Numbered from the stretch's first letter, positions 48,661-63,849 are shown. The stretch is 64,000 bases of DNA from Mizuhopecten yessoensis (GCF_002113885.1 NW_018408907.1:647907-711906); one strand, 5' to 3'. A program made the numbers and translations. Notes: generated by a model not told the origin, from the sequence alone.

Positions 48661-49754
48661 TCAACGAAAGTGTCCTGGCCTTCCTGTGTTACAGCTATAT
48701 TCAAAGGGACATTAAAGGGATTTTACTGTACATAAGACAAAAACGCAGTTCGGTGGGACAGGGATCCTTAAGTCATTATACAAGGATAAGGAAGAACAAA
48801 ATATCAACAGTGCTTATGCAGTGAGAATTGTTTAAACACCACATTATATCAACGGAGTGAAATGTTTGCTATCAAAGGTATGACTGTTGATTGACATCCC
48901 TAGGTAAATATGTACTGATGAATCCGATTTACACCGCCCTCTCTGTGTGTTCTTACACTTCAGTATCGAGGCTATAGAAATAACGACTGCCTATATCAAA
49001 AGCCAAACAAAATAATCAATAAATAAAAAAAAAAATCAAACATAAAATAAATAAATCATTAAACCATGGGTTTGAAATTACTGTACCCATAACTTGCTGA
49101 CGCCTTTGACCCCCTGTGTGACTAGCTGTCATTGCAGGTGACATTATTGATGTAAGTTTTTCGTATACCGTTACACAAACAGACTCCATTGAAAATCTGT
49201 CATTGGTATTCCTGTCAAACTGGGGAAACCTTGGTAACCATTTAAACCAGCTCCTAAGCAAACATAAAACTTTTATTCTTGAAGAGCTGTAAATAACAAA
49301 TACGTACACGATACCTACACGGTCGATGTCTTTTCAGGATTCAGCGCGTACACTGCCTCTCGACATGATACATAAAACCAAATGATAGAATCAATTTATA
49401 AAGTACTATATATTTTATATCTTCTCGTGTCGTATGTCTGTAATTAGATTGTATTGGAAAATGTTCAAACAATCAGGATTTATATGGTTTCGTTGGTATT
49501 AGGAATGGGTTTTATGTTGCAATACATGTTTTCAACGAGTATACATTTCCATGTAACTGTTCGTTCCTTAACTCTCGTATTATTTACTTATAATTCTCAT
49601 ATGTTAGTGAGTAACGTGAATTGTAATTTCTCGCCGTGACAGTGAAGAACCATTGATACAAACATCTTTTTTCAGCTAAGCTCTGATGATTACTGAGACG
49701 TTTTTGAATAAAAGAAGGGGAATTGTGTCTTATTGGCTTGATAGTTAAACAACC

Positions 49755-50405
49755 GGATAACTGGTGTCTGACAAATGGGACACACGGATTACTGGTAGCT
49801 AGATAGCCGGACAATCTCAAAAGTGGTAACTGGATAGTGGGACACACGGATTACTGGTAGCTAGATAGTCGGACAAGCTGAAAAGTGGTAACTGGATAGT
49901 GGGACACACGGATAACTGGCAGCTAGATAGTCGGACAAGCTGAAAAGTGGTAACTGGATAGTTGGATACACGGATTGCTGGTGGCTAGATATTGGGACAA
50001 ACGGATCACTGGTGACTAGGTGGTGGGGAAAATAGATCACTGGCAACTGGATAGGAGATAATCGGATAAGTGTTGACTGTCTAAAGGCTAAAACGGATTA
50101 TTGCTGATTTAATAGTGGTATAGACGAATATGTTTAAGTTGATTTGTGGTACAGAGAGATAATTTGTTGTTGAGCTGTGGCACAGATGGATTAATGGATG
50201 CAGTGGTATAGACGAATCATTTATAGATCGTGACAACAACAGATAATCGCTGGCTAGATAGTGTCACATATTGACAGTTGGTGGCTGGATTGTAGCACAG
50301 TCAGATTATTGGCGTCTCGGAGTGGCACATGAGATTTGTGGTAACCGGAGAGTGACACAGGATAAGTGATTGGTGGAGATTGGCATAATAGGATCAGTGG
50401 TAACT
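49755..50405. repeat. ~31-bp minisatellite with a 62-bp higher-order segment
   Basis: CACACGG recurs at 49781, 49843 and 49905 (period 62); decayed ~31-bp monomers lie downstream. Confidence 0.8.
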
Positions 50406-51294
50406 GAAGTAACATGGTTTAACTGTTATAAAACTGATTCAATGGAAACAAAGCATTTGTTTGTTTTGCATATTTAGAATATTAGAAAGTTATTTCTCGT
50501 CCATGATGTAATACTCTATCGTAAGATGCATTCAATTCAAATATGCGCACAAGCAAAATCTAAATCTTAATCATTTAACATTAGGGATGGTAAGTTTTTG
50601 AAATGTCAAGACACTTATAATGTCACAGTGTATTGCTAAAATCTTTCAAAGACACACAACAGAGTTATGTAAAATGGTATTGATTTTAAGATTGCTATCG
50701 TGTCACTTTATAGATTTTTATAACGGGTAAGTATGAAAGGCTTGTAATCTAGATCATACTACTTTATTTCGAAAACATATATGCTGTCATAGAAAAAGCT
50801 AATTGAAATTGATCATTTAGTCTGTCTTTTATCTCTGCTTCGTGACATGAATGTAGTACTTGCATCTTGTCATTTTCAAATCAATGATATATTTTAGAAT
50901 AATTAAGTGAAGTTCCCACAGGCCTATTACTAAATTTCTCTCCATCTGTATTTTGCTATTTGTCAGAAACATAATAATTTGTCGTTATGCTCTATACGTG
51001 TATATCATCATCAATGATACCTGTCTGGAGCATCATCAGTGAATCAACATTATGTCATGAAATAAAAATTACATTCCTCGTAATAATAAAAGCCTTCCAC
51101 AGCAACACTCCAACAGTTCCTTGGCAGACCATCTTTCGTTCATGCCGAGTGGATAGCTGGTTTTGCAGCATTGCTAGTGTTCCGATGTTTTAGCGAATTC
51201 TGTTTATTTTTAAACTCAAATTATTGAAGAACTTGTAAGGCAAATAGCATTATTTTTAAATAGAAAGAAATTGACTGCGTAAATAGTTGATACT

Positions 51295-51375
51295 CTCATC
51301 ATTATCAAGGATACCACAGACTCTTTCACATCAAGGTGACGATTTTGATTTGCAGATCGTAACATTTCTCAATTT
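51295..51375 (+). mobile_element. Tiny PLE RT remnant
   Basis: IKDTTDS and GDDFDLQIVTF resemble IKDTTD and KRDDFNFPIVNF. Confidence 0.45.
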
Positions 51376-52571
51376 TAAAACAATCTTTTCTTGACAAACA
51401 AACTTACAAAACAGGGATTCAAGAGATGCAGGCTGATGAGGAAGTTTTCATGATCATGATCTCGTTGGAAAAATATTATATTACTTGTATGATTTCAAGG
51501 TCGATTTTTTTATCAGGCTTAGTAGAGTGCCTTGTTTCGTTTTCACTATCCTGGTACATTTGAGGACATGAGTCCGAATCATGTGTTTTGTTGACACTGA
51601 GGTATTCTCTTGAATTGTTTTGACAAGGGTTAATAGGAACGAATGTATTATTCGACATGTTTAACTTTTCCGATGAACTAGAACAACGGTGACAAATTTA
51701 CGGATGTCTTACAACGTTTACCACTTTAAGATGTTACAGTCAGCGTTGTGATTGCATTGGCGGTTTTAGAAAGGTGTTTCTAAGTTTAGCAGACGACATT
51801 AATAATGTATATTTACTGAAATTCCAGGGCATTGCTGATTGTGGGACTATGGATGGAGGGAATACTCACAAAATGCGCGATCACGTTGTTTTGGTCTCAG
51901 TTTGGTCTGAAACTGAATCTAGTCTAGCCTTTTCCAATTTCCTTAGTTTGTCGATTTCGTTATCGATCAATGTAACTATATATATCCTGTAGTTTAGATG
52001 GGGCTTCGGCATCCGTATCAATGCATCTGGGAATGTGTATAGAGTGTGAAAAATGGAATAACGGAGTTATTGAAGACCGTCATCCATTTTATAGTACAGA
52101 TTTGTAGTTACAATATTTCCCAATTGGAGATTGTGGAACAGGTATTCATAAAGAGGTCTTCTCGTTTTAGATTTCTGCAGTTTATTTGATTAACATGCTG
52201 ACCTTATTCACAGAATCTTTTTACTTGCCAATTTAAACAAAATAAGACAAATACTAAATACAGCAGTCGACACGATAACATATAAAAATACATCAGGTAA
52301 AACACAAACAAATGACTTTTATCGTGATATAGTCGTGTCACCCGAAACGGTGTTAACTTGATTGATTTGGTTACATTACAACGTAAATATAAATACGTAC
52401 AAAATTAGTCACGAGACAAAGAAGCATTGTCATAATTGTTCATCTACCGTTAATGAAAATCTGAATTTGCATATAAGCGAAACTTAAACATATGATTGAC
52501 TGTTTATTAATGCAACGAACATGTTTAATGACGTTTTTCTTCGTAGGAGGATTTCATTGTTTTATAATAAG

Positions 52572-55500
52572 AACAAAACCCCATCTCCACGTATCTAATG
52601 TGATATTGTGTTTGTAGTTCTTGTGCTGGAAACATCTGTCTGGACTGGTAAAATAGATATCCAATCGCTACAATTTATTTTTTTACTCCAACATGGCCGA
52701 TCAATCATGGGTAGCCCCATTGGTTTCATCGGAGTATTTCATTTGTTTAAAACAAAAACAAAACACCGTCTCCACGTATAGATCATGGCAATCTTAATGC
52801 CGCATACAAAGGGACAATTTTGGGACTTTCTTGATATATCTTTTTGATCATAACGTAATGTAACCAGGGTTTCCGACAAGAGAGACATCAAACTACAGAA
52901 ATCGGCAGCGTTATCATGAGCTATATCATCATTGTTCTTTGGTTGATACTATAGTTTATCCTCCTATTATACCCTGTTTTCGCTAAATGCCATTGTGATG
53001 ACATACTATCATATAAAACGGTTCCCTTTAGCTTCATTTTTGTCAATAATTGAAACATAACATGATACTTTAACTGCCTTTTATATCCTATTAAAACAGT
53101 CGATACATAAATAACACAATTTTAATAGTGGCGTGCTGACCTTGTGTCTCCTTTCTTTATTCTCGTCAAGGTCGTTTGTTATACGTATTGCTTTCAATGA
53201 TGGTAACATAAAAGATCAGATAACTGTTTCTTACTGTGTAGATTGACTATGAACAAACATTTGCCAAACATAGCACTATTCTGACGGGGTTTCGTTGACC
53301 TTTAAGAGTTGGAAGAAATTTCCATTTAATACGAGTCGTCTTTCATCACGCAATTTACACTACCATTGGCACACACCATTGTGGAAATGTCATTGCAGGG
53401 AATATAAGGATTGCGACACCATCAAAGATGAGACTGTTGAATCAACAAAGGAGGGGGATCTTTGTACATACACGGGACATATAAATTATTCTCTTTGTTG
53501 TAAGAATAATGTTAGTACACTAGCATAAACATGGTATTTTTTTTACTCCTGCAGTTATTACAATAGTTGATCCAAACCTGGATATTAGAAGGCTGTACAG
53601 ATCACCGTAACGCACTCATGGAGGATTGCACCTTTAACATTTTGTAATAGATACAGTATGTCAAAATATAAATTACACTGCATCAAAGAGATGTTTCGTT
53701 CTACTGTAGGACCCATAGGCGATGGTAAGGAACAAATGGAAGGACATCCAAACAGGTGTAGACTACAGTTGAAACAAAAAGGGAAGTACATAAATTATGT
53801 GGAAGACATTTTCAACTTCTTTGTGGCGTTTTTTGTTAACCCCACATCGGCTTTTTTTTGTACTAAAGAATTACAAGTTTCATGTACATCATATCTATGC
53901 ATTTTTTTATGCTATATTTCTAATTAGGAAAATTTCTTCAAATTTCTTCAAATTTCATAAAAAGATATTTTGTCACCCTTTTTGAGGGTGGCCATTTTCA
54001 TTCATATTCCGTGTTGTGTCGTTTCTTGTTATAAAGAGTAGATGCATAATTCCCTTTACTTTTATGCTTTGGAAAAGGGAAGGCTAACAAAACCCATTTA
54101 TTTTAAGATTTTCAAACAATGAGGGGGTACTGGGAAATTGTATGAACATTGTCACTACTCAAAGAGATAACTGTGGCCATCAAGATAATGGCAATCCTGC
54201 AGACAGAAAACAATCTAACAGCAGAGTCTACCAACTTGTATCTCGAATGGTAAATAAGACAACTACAGTTTTCAAACTGCACTTAGCATAGTACAGACTT
54301 ACAAAGTATATCTAGTATACCAATACAATGCATTTTTGTAGAGGATACGGTACACATCCTTGTCGGCAGGTCGTGTTATGCTAACGTATTTGTTTTATCC
54401 CGACAGATGGTAAGTATTGTTTGCGATTCACTAATTCTTGTGTACTATCTAGACGGAATAGATCAATTTCTGTACTGTGAGAAATAGTCATGTGTTCTGA
54501 AAAGAGAAAAAAAAATAGGAAAATGTTTAAGATTTAACAAAAGATCCTCTCAGTTCTTCAAAATCCATATTTAGCGACATTACTTCGATTCCACTGTTGG
54601 AGTATAAGTGTTGCACTACGACTGCAACCCTGATTTAATGGCATTAAGAATAGTGGTAAAATGTTCGGATAATGGCTTGGTCGAGCTTGGTTGCGATAAA
54701 GACGTTGTTTACATGGATTACTGTGAAGTATCCGAGGCAGATCCGTAATTTTATCATAAACCGGTAATCGGAAAGATTGCAATACAAAAAGCGTGATTAC
54801 AAATGTACCTAGTATTTCGTCTTTCGGTAAAATGTGTAATGCATGTGAATGTTGGTTATCAAACACGCGACCTTTTACGGGGGTCGTTGAGAGTACATGT
54901 GGAGGGATTACAGGGGTAGAAAAATGTAGCTGTTTTCTTCTCATCTAGGACTTTTAAGATGCTAATTCTTAAGTATGATGAACTGAGGTAGGTCTAACTT
55001 TCATCTAAAATGTTTAAAATATTAAAAATCACGTTCCAGTTAATACTAGCAGTATCGCGATACTTTTGACCTTTCACACAAAGCTTTCGTAATTTTATGT
55101 AACATTGTATGGAAAGCATTTAGACCGCCAATTACTTCATGTATATGCAAAGCTGGATCATAGAAGTATGGAGTTGCAGGGAAATAACATGTAAAATAGC
55201 AAGTAATTTTCACTCTCTGTAATAGTTTTATAAACGTTTAAAGACTCGGACGCAATTACATTTGTTCGTCTACAATAAAGAAATATTTTTTGCACACTAA
55301 CAAAACATAAACAAATGATCTACTGTTTGTGAATGATACAAACATGTTAATTAACAATGCTTGTATTTCAAACGCGCATACGTTTCTTTCCGAAGGAAAT
55401 CTCGTTTGATTCGAAACAAAGACAAAACCCAATCAACACGTATGAGGTTCGATATTTTGTTAGCACTGTTTTGCCCGAAATATCTGCCTAAGACTGTTAA

Positions 55501-55735
55501 GCTGGAGATCTTCTCTCTAACATCCAATCACTATTTTTTTTAAAAACTTTTTACATCAGCGTAGCCTTCTTAGTTGATGGTGGGTAGCACCTTCAATAAT
55601 TGTTTCCCCGTAAGATGATTGCATTTGTTTTAAACAAAAACAAAACAGCGACTCCACGTATGAGGTGTGATATTATGTTAGCATTACATGTGTTCAGATT
55701 GTCTGTCTTGACCGTGAAACTTGAGTTCTAATCAG
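52572..55735 (+). repeat. Two clusters (~52572-52785 and ~55415-55735) of an old ~180-220 bp repeat unit
   Basis: AACAAAA...CTCCACGTAT...TGTGATATT.TGTT-like motif at ~52572, 52751, 55415 and 55633. Confidence 0.55.
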
Positions 55736-58700
55736 TACAACGTAATAGTATCCGTCTTTGACATTAACGCGGCCTACTTGATGTAGTAAGGGAGTTTTGT
55801 TGTTGTCGTCGTTCGGGATTCCTCTTTCAAAGACGTTTTTTTTTATTATTGAAATGCTTTGGAAATGCATTCGGAATACTCTTTACCATACTGTCGGCTG
55901 CTTATGATATATTATTCCCATTTCTTTCCAGGCATATTCTCACAGAGAGCATTTAAACGAATGAGTAATGTTTGAAAGAATTATATTCTCAATACTGGGA
56001 CTCTTTCGCTCAATCAAATATTTACCTTTCACTCCTAAAATCCAAAATAAAAAACTTTTTAATAAAGGTGTCGGTATTCCCTACGATGTCGGTCTAAATA
56101 CGCCATGAATACTTGAAAACAACGTTTTGTTCAGCATTTAGTTACCACTGTTGCAACGGAAACATCTTCATGTGGCGTTATACCTATACTTTGGGAAAAC
56201 GGATATCGTTTGTTATAAACGTTATAAATACTTATACAATATTTTAATACAATCCACATCAATACTTGGCATCTATGGTATACACTATTTTTATAAGTTT
56301 TCCTGTTGATATGTATTTCCTGACACAACATAAACCATGGTATTGGTAACAATAAACTTGATTTAGAAAAAGTTCATGTCTTCTTTGTAAGTAGTCTTAT
56401 AGTCCTATGGAATGTATTGATATTGTTGACAACTTAGTAAAGCTTTATAAGTTCATTACGTCATCTTCTATTTAATCATACATTCGTTATATTCATATTT
56501 AAGCAGCTATGTCCTATTGATTTAATTCACTCTCCTATCATCATTTCGTGAAGTTCTTGCACCAGCGAAGTCAATGTTGACAGATCGGCGACGTCACAAT
56601 ACTTTTCCCCTGATCGAAAGATATTTCAAGCTCACTACAGGTATGTTGTGGTATGCATTGTAATGCATACCAAATGCAAATATATATATCTTGTTTTTAC
56701 TTAACTGCAAGGTACCAGTGCGATTTAAAGATTATACTTACGAGTCAGTTATCTGCTGATGCTGAAGTTCAATAAAATAATATCAACTCATATGATATCT
56801 AAAACTAATGACCTTGGGCGAAACAGAAAGTCATTTATGAAGATGGTAGGGAAACATTTCACACTATCAACTGGTTAATAGTTGATACTGTCAACCTGTT
56901 ACTAGGAACAACCACACAATTGACGTTGTCAATTTGAGTGAGTGCATCAGGGTGAACTATTCCAATTAGAAAATAGACGTTTCACGTTGATGCTAAAACA
57001 AAAAGATTCTTGACACGAGAAAAGGGTATCTAACATGATACCAGAGTTGGCTCAAATTATTTAAATTGACACAAACAAGCCTTTACTTTGAGATGAGCAG
57101 TACGCTTTTAGCTGAAGTTTACGGAACATTAAATGTCAAGAGGAAGCCTTAGAGAGTAGAATGTCAGGAAGGTTATAAAACTGGGATGTATCAAATTAGG
57201 CGAACACCGAGAGGTTGACTTCTAATTATGTTCTAAAAATAAGCTCCAACGATTTTACTAATAATTATGGTGGAGAAAACTGATGGGGAATAAAGGCGAT
57301 TATACAGCAAAGAGGCATCCCACCTCCGAGTGTCTACAAGCACACAGAAGAGGCAACATTTGGTAAGTGAGTTGCATCCCCTTGGGGAGACGTAATCTTA
57401 CGAAGTAATCACGGTGACGATATGCGATTGTTGGGGGTAATTCTAAAACACGAAACCCAGAAGGCGACGGTAATGACGGTACCGGTGTATTCAGCTGTCG
57501 ATTTTACTACAAGATACTCCCATATATTGGAACTTGGAAATTCTTTGAGTTCTTTACTGAATGTATATTTCACCAGAATCTCAGCACTCTTAGTTTCGAT
57601 GGACCATTTCATTACTTCTTAAAAATATTCACTTATTTGCATTTAAAGAAAACAAAACAGCCATAGAGAGTATGTGAAACGACGAACGTTTATGGGTACA
57701 ACCATGAATCAACTATGAAGTAAAACAGCTATTACTTAAAGAAAAAAATCGTACTGATGTCTTATAAAATTATGACTAGCTCTAGCCCCGGAAAGAATGA
57801 CACGTGAAGAACAAACAGACTCTCAGTTCCACGCCACTCTTGGATAGGCTTGTTACATTATCACGTGTTCTATATTACAAGTTAATTTATCGATTTTCAT
57901 CCGGAATGTTTATTGACTCAACGGAGACTCATTTATGTCCAACTTTGCAATGCATTGCAGCTATAATTTTCTTCAGATCCATTAGCAGAAAATAAAGAAA
58001 TTAACGACAACAATAAAAATGTATCATTCACGGAAGCTATCAATAAGTGTGAGACAGATTTATGAAAAGGGATATAAAAGGTTTTTCAAAGACTTTAAAC
58101 ATGAAAGTGTTGAATATTAATTGTATAATACAACGAAGCGTTTCGCACATGTGTAGATTATTCCATGTAAATCATATTTCATTTTCATAAATTAATACCA
58201 TTTTTTGTGGTTAAATAATCTTGGCAAACATTTGATAAATAATGTAAAGATTTCGCACGTTTTTGAGATCCTATGTATTTTGGGCGTATTGTTATAAATC
58301 GTTCAGAATTCATAAAAGCTTAAAACAACTGTCATGTATGTCAATATATGGGTTAATGGGCAAATTTAGTGTCGCCATCATGATCTCATTAGGAAATATC
58401 CTATTTCTATTTGCGTAAGATGGTCTGTCACGACTGTCCCGGTTCTACATTTGGAGACATGTCATTATTCGGATTTGACCTAGATTGACATGATCGTCCC
58501 CCGGGACACCTAGTCTTATTATCCTTTTACTTTTTCAAAAATCTTTAAATACATTTTCCATATATTCTTACTTTTTTTGCGTGGTTGTATTGATATTGAT
58601 TCGAATTATGGTTTTGTTGAAACTTTGGTATTTTATTTGTATTTCGTATTACAAGGTAGGAGACAAACCAACCACAATTCTACCTAATCACCCATGAAAC

Positions 58701-61700
58701 TTTAGTTAGATATCAAGTACAAATAGTGCACAAAAAACAGCATGACACACAGGTAAAAAATCGGAACTCAAGAATGCAAATGAAACCGAGGAGATAACTA
58801 TATCAAACGAAAAACTTGGGCGTAAACTCCAAACAAATATTGACACAAAACCAGCAGATCCGAATTACTATTTCTGGCACCAAACGTGGTAATCTCCTTG
58901 TTGTTTCTTGTTTAATCCAGGAAATCATGCCGGTCACTAAAGACAATGAATTTTATTTGTTGGAAAAAGTCATTGAGATCACCGTTACGCTTTTGCCAGA
59001 ATTTATTAAATATCCTTCTTTGGTTGAGAGAGAATTCAGACCATCTTGGTACCCAGTCAGATATAGAGAATCTTGTGTTACTACTAAGGAAATGAAAGTA
59101 AGCAATCGTAAAATAAAAATCCCCAAGTGTATCATAAAGAGTGACAGTCTATAATAAACAATAATTCACACAAACACACATACGGTGTCTACATGTATCA
59201 ATATATACTGGCTGAATGGCGGGCCAAGTAAATAAATTCTACGGGTATATGAACCTGACAGAAAAGTATTTCCGGCTGGGTTTTTTTAACTTTAAAAAAT
59301 GATGACGTTGACTTGATGTTAATATTAAGATATTTTGGAAATATTTGACCTCGTTTGATAATTGGTCCACCATTTATAACAACATATCGTGGATTTGCTT
59401 TAGTGTGAAAGCATAGAAATGCCTATCTACTGTGCCTGCATTCCCTTTGGAGTTTGATGGATAATCCAAGAAGAAGGCGTTTGTATGAAACGGAAAGCTG
59501 CACGTCAAACTCAACTCTTTCGGAGTATCGAATTAGTATGATGATAGTAAAATGTACAAATAGTGGGAGATAATTCAATGTATAATTGTAATTTATCAAA
59601 TTTGCAAAAAATATTAAACAATAAAGTGAAAAGAAAAACATTCTGTCACCATAAATTTAAGCGGGAACACGTCTTCTCTGTGACCTGTGAACTGTCATAC
59701 AATAGGATACTGAATATGGACCTTCCACGAAATGAAATGAAATTAAATACCGTGCAATCGTTGCCGCGTAAACATAGGTGTAGCACACCAGTAGTGTAGC
59801 TGTCAAATTTCCCGTCAGTGGCATATTTGCTAAGCTGTATTGCTATCAAAAGCTATCAATACAATTATATCTCTAGAGAAGTGATTGACATACTTCAGCT
59901 CAATTCATCTGTCTGTTTCAACATTATTGCTATCTTACTGCAGGTTATGTCCATGATAAAACCATTCGGCAAGTGTTAAAATAATCCATTGAATAAACCA
60001 TTATGCCCTCAATGTGTTTTGTTCTGTTATTGAACTACTGAAGGACCTTACACATGCTAATTCAGATATTCTCATACCATGGACGATTATATTTTAATCT
60101 CCCTTTTACGGATACAGATAACAAAATTGTTGATCCAAATCCAAATATTCGTGAATCAAATATACAGGCATTGTACGCAAATAAAGGTGCGCGCGAAATT
60201 AATTTAATTTACAGTAGGCATTCACGGAAATTACGTGATATTCAGTATATAGTCAAACGAATGTATAATTTTCCCAATATATTATGATATAAGTGATGGT
60301 CATTACGTACATATCAATACCCTCTGGTTATCCCAATAGTAAAATCAATGCAAAAACACCTATCGCGAAAGAAAGAAAACATGTTATCACAAACACCGTT
60401 GATTTATATATAACATTACCGTGATCCCCACAAGTGACTTTTTACTCCCCATGACCCCCAACACTATTGAATTACCAGAACCATATTTCTACATCATGTA
60501 TAAAACAAATCAATACTAATAGGTATCAAATATTTTCCAAGAGCAGATCCAGACGATAATGGTCCCCAGAAGACAAAGCTAATTAGTACCAGCGGCGAAC
60601 GCGGGATTTCCAAACCTTCATTCGTCGAGGCTACGACATGATGCATGTCCATTTATCTGGTTGAAAATTACCACGTGACATGCTCACCACATTCATGGTC
60701 AATGCGTTACAAGGTCAGGACAATGATTTAAATATGTTTTTTATATAGCTTAAGAGGTATTCATGGTCATATGAATGCATGGTGGTAAATTTGAGAGTGT
60801 ACTGCCCAATGCTCCACCGATTGAGCTAAACGTGAATTCTCCCAATCCAAATTTGTAACATGCGACCACCAGGCTCACCTCTGTGACACTTGTGATCCAT
60901 AAACACACACCATTTTCTAGAGCTGTACTCGTGAAATCTGATCCGACTAATGGGGATGCCATTGACAGCAATGACATTTATTCTTAAATACGCCCACTGA
61001 TAGAAAAGATAATCTTCGTTTTTTGCCCTCGATATTAACTTGCTGTCATTATATGGTGTTGTTATGGAAATCTTGGTAAACTGATCCTGATAAAATATAT
61101 CTCAGTGCTTTGGTTGCTCGACCTACAGATAGAACTGTTATTAATTTGATTTATTTTCCCCCATTACAATTGAACGGAAGAATAACTCAGAATAATTGAC
61201 GTGATCTGTCGGCAGAAAACCCTAATCCAAGTGCAACATCAGCTAATGAGTTGATTGAATGTATTATCATTTTGTCTTTGTGATTTAGTTACGTTGGTTA
61301 TCAGGATTACGTTATTACATCAGTCATAAATCTATTTTTAATTCCCACTTACGACGAAGATATAACTATGTGATCTGAAAGGAGAAACAATATTTCCATC
61401 ATCACACAAGGCACCCGTTTAAAAAATAAAAAATAAAAAATAAATAAAAAATCCCGTGTATTTGATTTTGTTTGAAATTTGTCCATATCTGTTTATTACA
61501 AGCCAAATAATTTTTTCTTAATAACTCATATAGTTTGTTGTGTAGTTTTCATATAAAGTAATGTAAACAGCATTCTGACATAGGAGCCAGTACGTTAGGC
61601 TTAAACGCATTAAATTGCAATTAAGCGATATAGCAGATAGCAAGAGGATATTTTTTTTTATTGCAAAGACCTTCACGAAACTAAGGCTAATCTCTCTTTT

Positions 61701-61974
61701 GTGTTGTGTAGTATATTAGACTACGAGTAAACGTCTCGGGAGGCTACAGTCCATTGGTGCTCATAAGATTTAATTGTCAGAATAGAGTTGATTAATGTTT
61801 AAGAGAGCCTAAAAGTCGTGACAGCCTGTATGTCTGAAGATTTACACCAAATACCCCTAATAAAGAGAAATGGTCCTGCAGGAGAGATTTTTTTTATATC
61901 GGACGCCAGGCTAGTTGTGATCTTGTCTGGATAACAGTAATATGGGTGGTATGTACCTTGATATTATTGATTAT

Positions 61975-62480
61975 TTGGTGAACATGCTGCTTTCCCTGAT
62001 TATCTGGTAAGCATCCTGCGGCACCAATGTATGTTGTTAGCATCCTGCTGTCCCTGCACATATAGTAAGCAGTTCACTGTCCCTGATTATATGGGAGACA
62101 TCCCACTGCCCCTGATCATGTTGCAAACCGCACACAGTTCCTGCTTATGTTGTAAACATCCTACTACCTTTGATTAAGTGGTAAGCATATCCCGTCCCTG
62201 ATTATGTGGTAAGGATTCCGTTGTCCCTAATTATGTGGTTAGCATCTTGCTATCTCTGATCAATGATTATGTAGTAACCATCTTGATGTCCCTGATAATG
62301 TGGAAATAATCCTACTGTCATTATTTGGTGAACACCCTGTTAGCACTTATTGTGTAAAGCATCCTTCTATAAATACCAGTTATTAATTGTTATGTTGTTT
62401 GCATGCCAGCATAACTGAATATGTTACTGGCCCGTTGCTAACACTGATTATGTTGTGAGCACCGTACTAGCACCGATATG
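61975..62480. repeat. Degenerate ~29-bp minisatellite
   Basis: Recurrent CCCTGATTATGTGGTAAGCATCC motif. Confidence 0.75.
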
Positions 62481-63050
62481 ATATCATCTCTAAGAGAGGG
62501 GAATGGGCACTGATGGAAAAGTGAAGATTTTATTAGATCATTTCTTAACAAGAAAATGCAGCAAAGCTGCTGGACACAAGATCTTTTGATGAAAATCACT
62601 CACTGACAGCCCAAAAAACCACAAGGAACAGATCCTGTACAATTTATTCTTTAGATACTAATGGCATTAATTTAACGTTTAGAATATTCTGTTCACTCTC
62701 AATATCCTCACATGTTGCACTATTGTCACTCAGTAATTGTCCCAAGGCAAGAAACTGTACATTTTTAACTGCATGCTTCATGTCAATAATTTGGTAATAA
62801 CGGCATCTACTGGGAGAGGGAATACAGTTCATGATTTTCATGGAATATCATTTAGACATGTCGCGAAAATATTTTATTTGATAATACACTTTTTAAACTG
62901 TCCATCGTAGCCCCTCTTTCGTCGCATAAAATATAAACTGTTAATATCTGGTTGAGAATTCGTTTCAAAGAAGTTATAGCCTCTCGACTCTGCTACGAAG
63001 ACCCATTTTGTCACAACGCTGGGTTTTTTGGTTGTTATTACATAATCATT

Positions 63051-63849
63051 TTATACGAGTGAAATATAATATGTATCGTATATAAAGGAAAAAACATTCA
63101 ATTTTCTATTTATTACATTTCTTCACGACGTGTGACGCAAACATTCCTACACCGAAAAAGCCGGGTTTGACAACAGTACAGAGCGCCCTTTTGAAAGGGT
63201 TTTTCACTGCAATTCTGCCTTTTGCTGCTATGTAATGATAATATTTTCAAACAGAAATGATATATGATGTGTTTTCATGTAAATACCATAGCGTATGTTG
63301 CAAAGAAGAAACCACACAATCCTTTATTCTGCCGTCGCTTCATCTAAGCTTGAAACTGAAAATCTCCGCAACGAATATAATGTACCGTTTTGAATGGACA
63401 ATATTAAGGATGATATCATCCTCGATATCCAGGGATTACGCCCACTTTCGCTCTCTGCACCCTTGGAATATGTCATAGCAAAATTGAAGGCTCGGTGTGT
63501 GCCACCTTGTTGATGAGACAAGACGACTAGTTCGATCCTTTGATATACATCAAAAGAATATCGCGGTCATGTAACGGTAAAGTCCCTCCTTTGTAATTTG
63601 TAAAGGACAGTTATCAGCCTAGCGATTGGTCAGTTTATTTTACCTTAGACCAATCAAACAGCTATCTTCGTGCTTTCAATTTTGCCATGACATATTCCAG
63701 GGGTGCAGAGAGCGAAAGTGAGAATAACCCCTGGATTTCGAGGATGGGATGATATCTTCACATGTGAAGATAGAATATTTCGTATATCTTCACTGCACTG
63801 ATGATGTGATTTTGTCAAATGGAGAACTCATAATATTTCACTAGTATAA
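63051..63849. mobile_element. TIR element (MITE) hosting a nested insertion
   Basis: TTATACGAGTGAAATAT / ATATTTCACTAGTATAA, a 16/17 inverted match. Confidence 0.65.
63417..63746. mobile_element. MULE-like MITE, 330 bp
   Basis: ~75-bp TIRs CATCCTCGATATCCAGGG... / ...CCCTGGATTTCGAGGATG; 9-bp target duplication GGATGATAT at 63408-63416 and 63747-63755. Confidence 0.85.

Noticed and set aside
51433-51472. CTGATGAG...GAAA hammerhead-like core
   Set aside because: Stems I-III cannot be formed with correct spacing.
58436-58508. Imperfect hairpin TGTCCCGG...CATGTCA...TGACATG...CCGGGACA
   Set aside because: Short discontinuous arms, single occurrence and no TSD; could be chance.
58816-59154. 112-aa ORF
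   Set aside because: No recognisable motif or splice context and a non-ATG start; possibly a decayed TE fragment, but unsupported.
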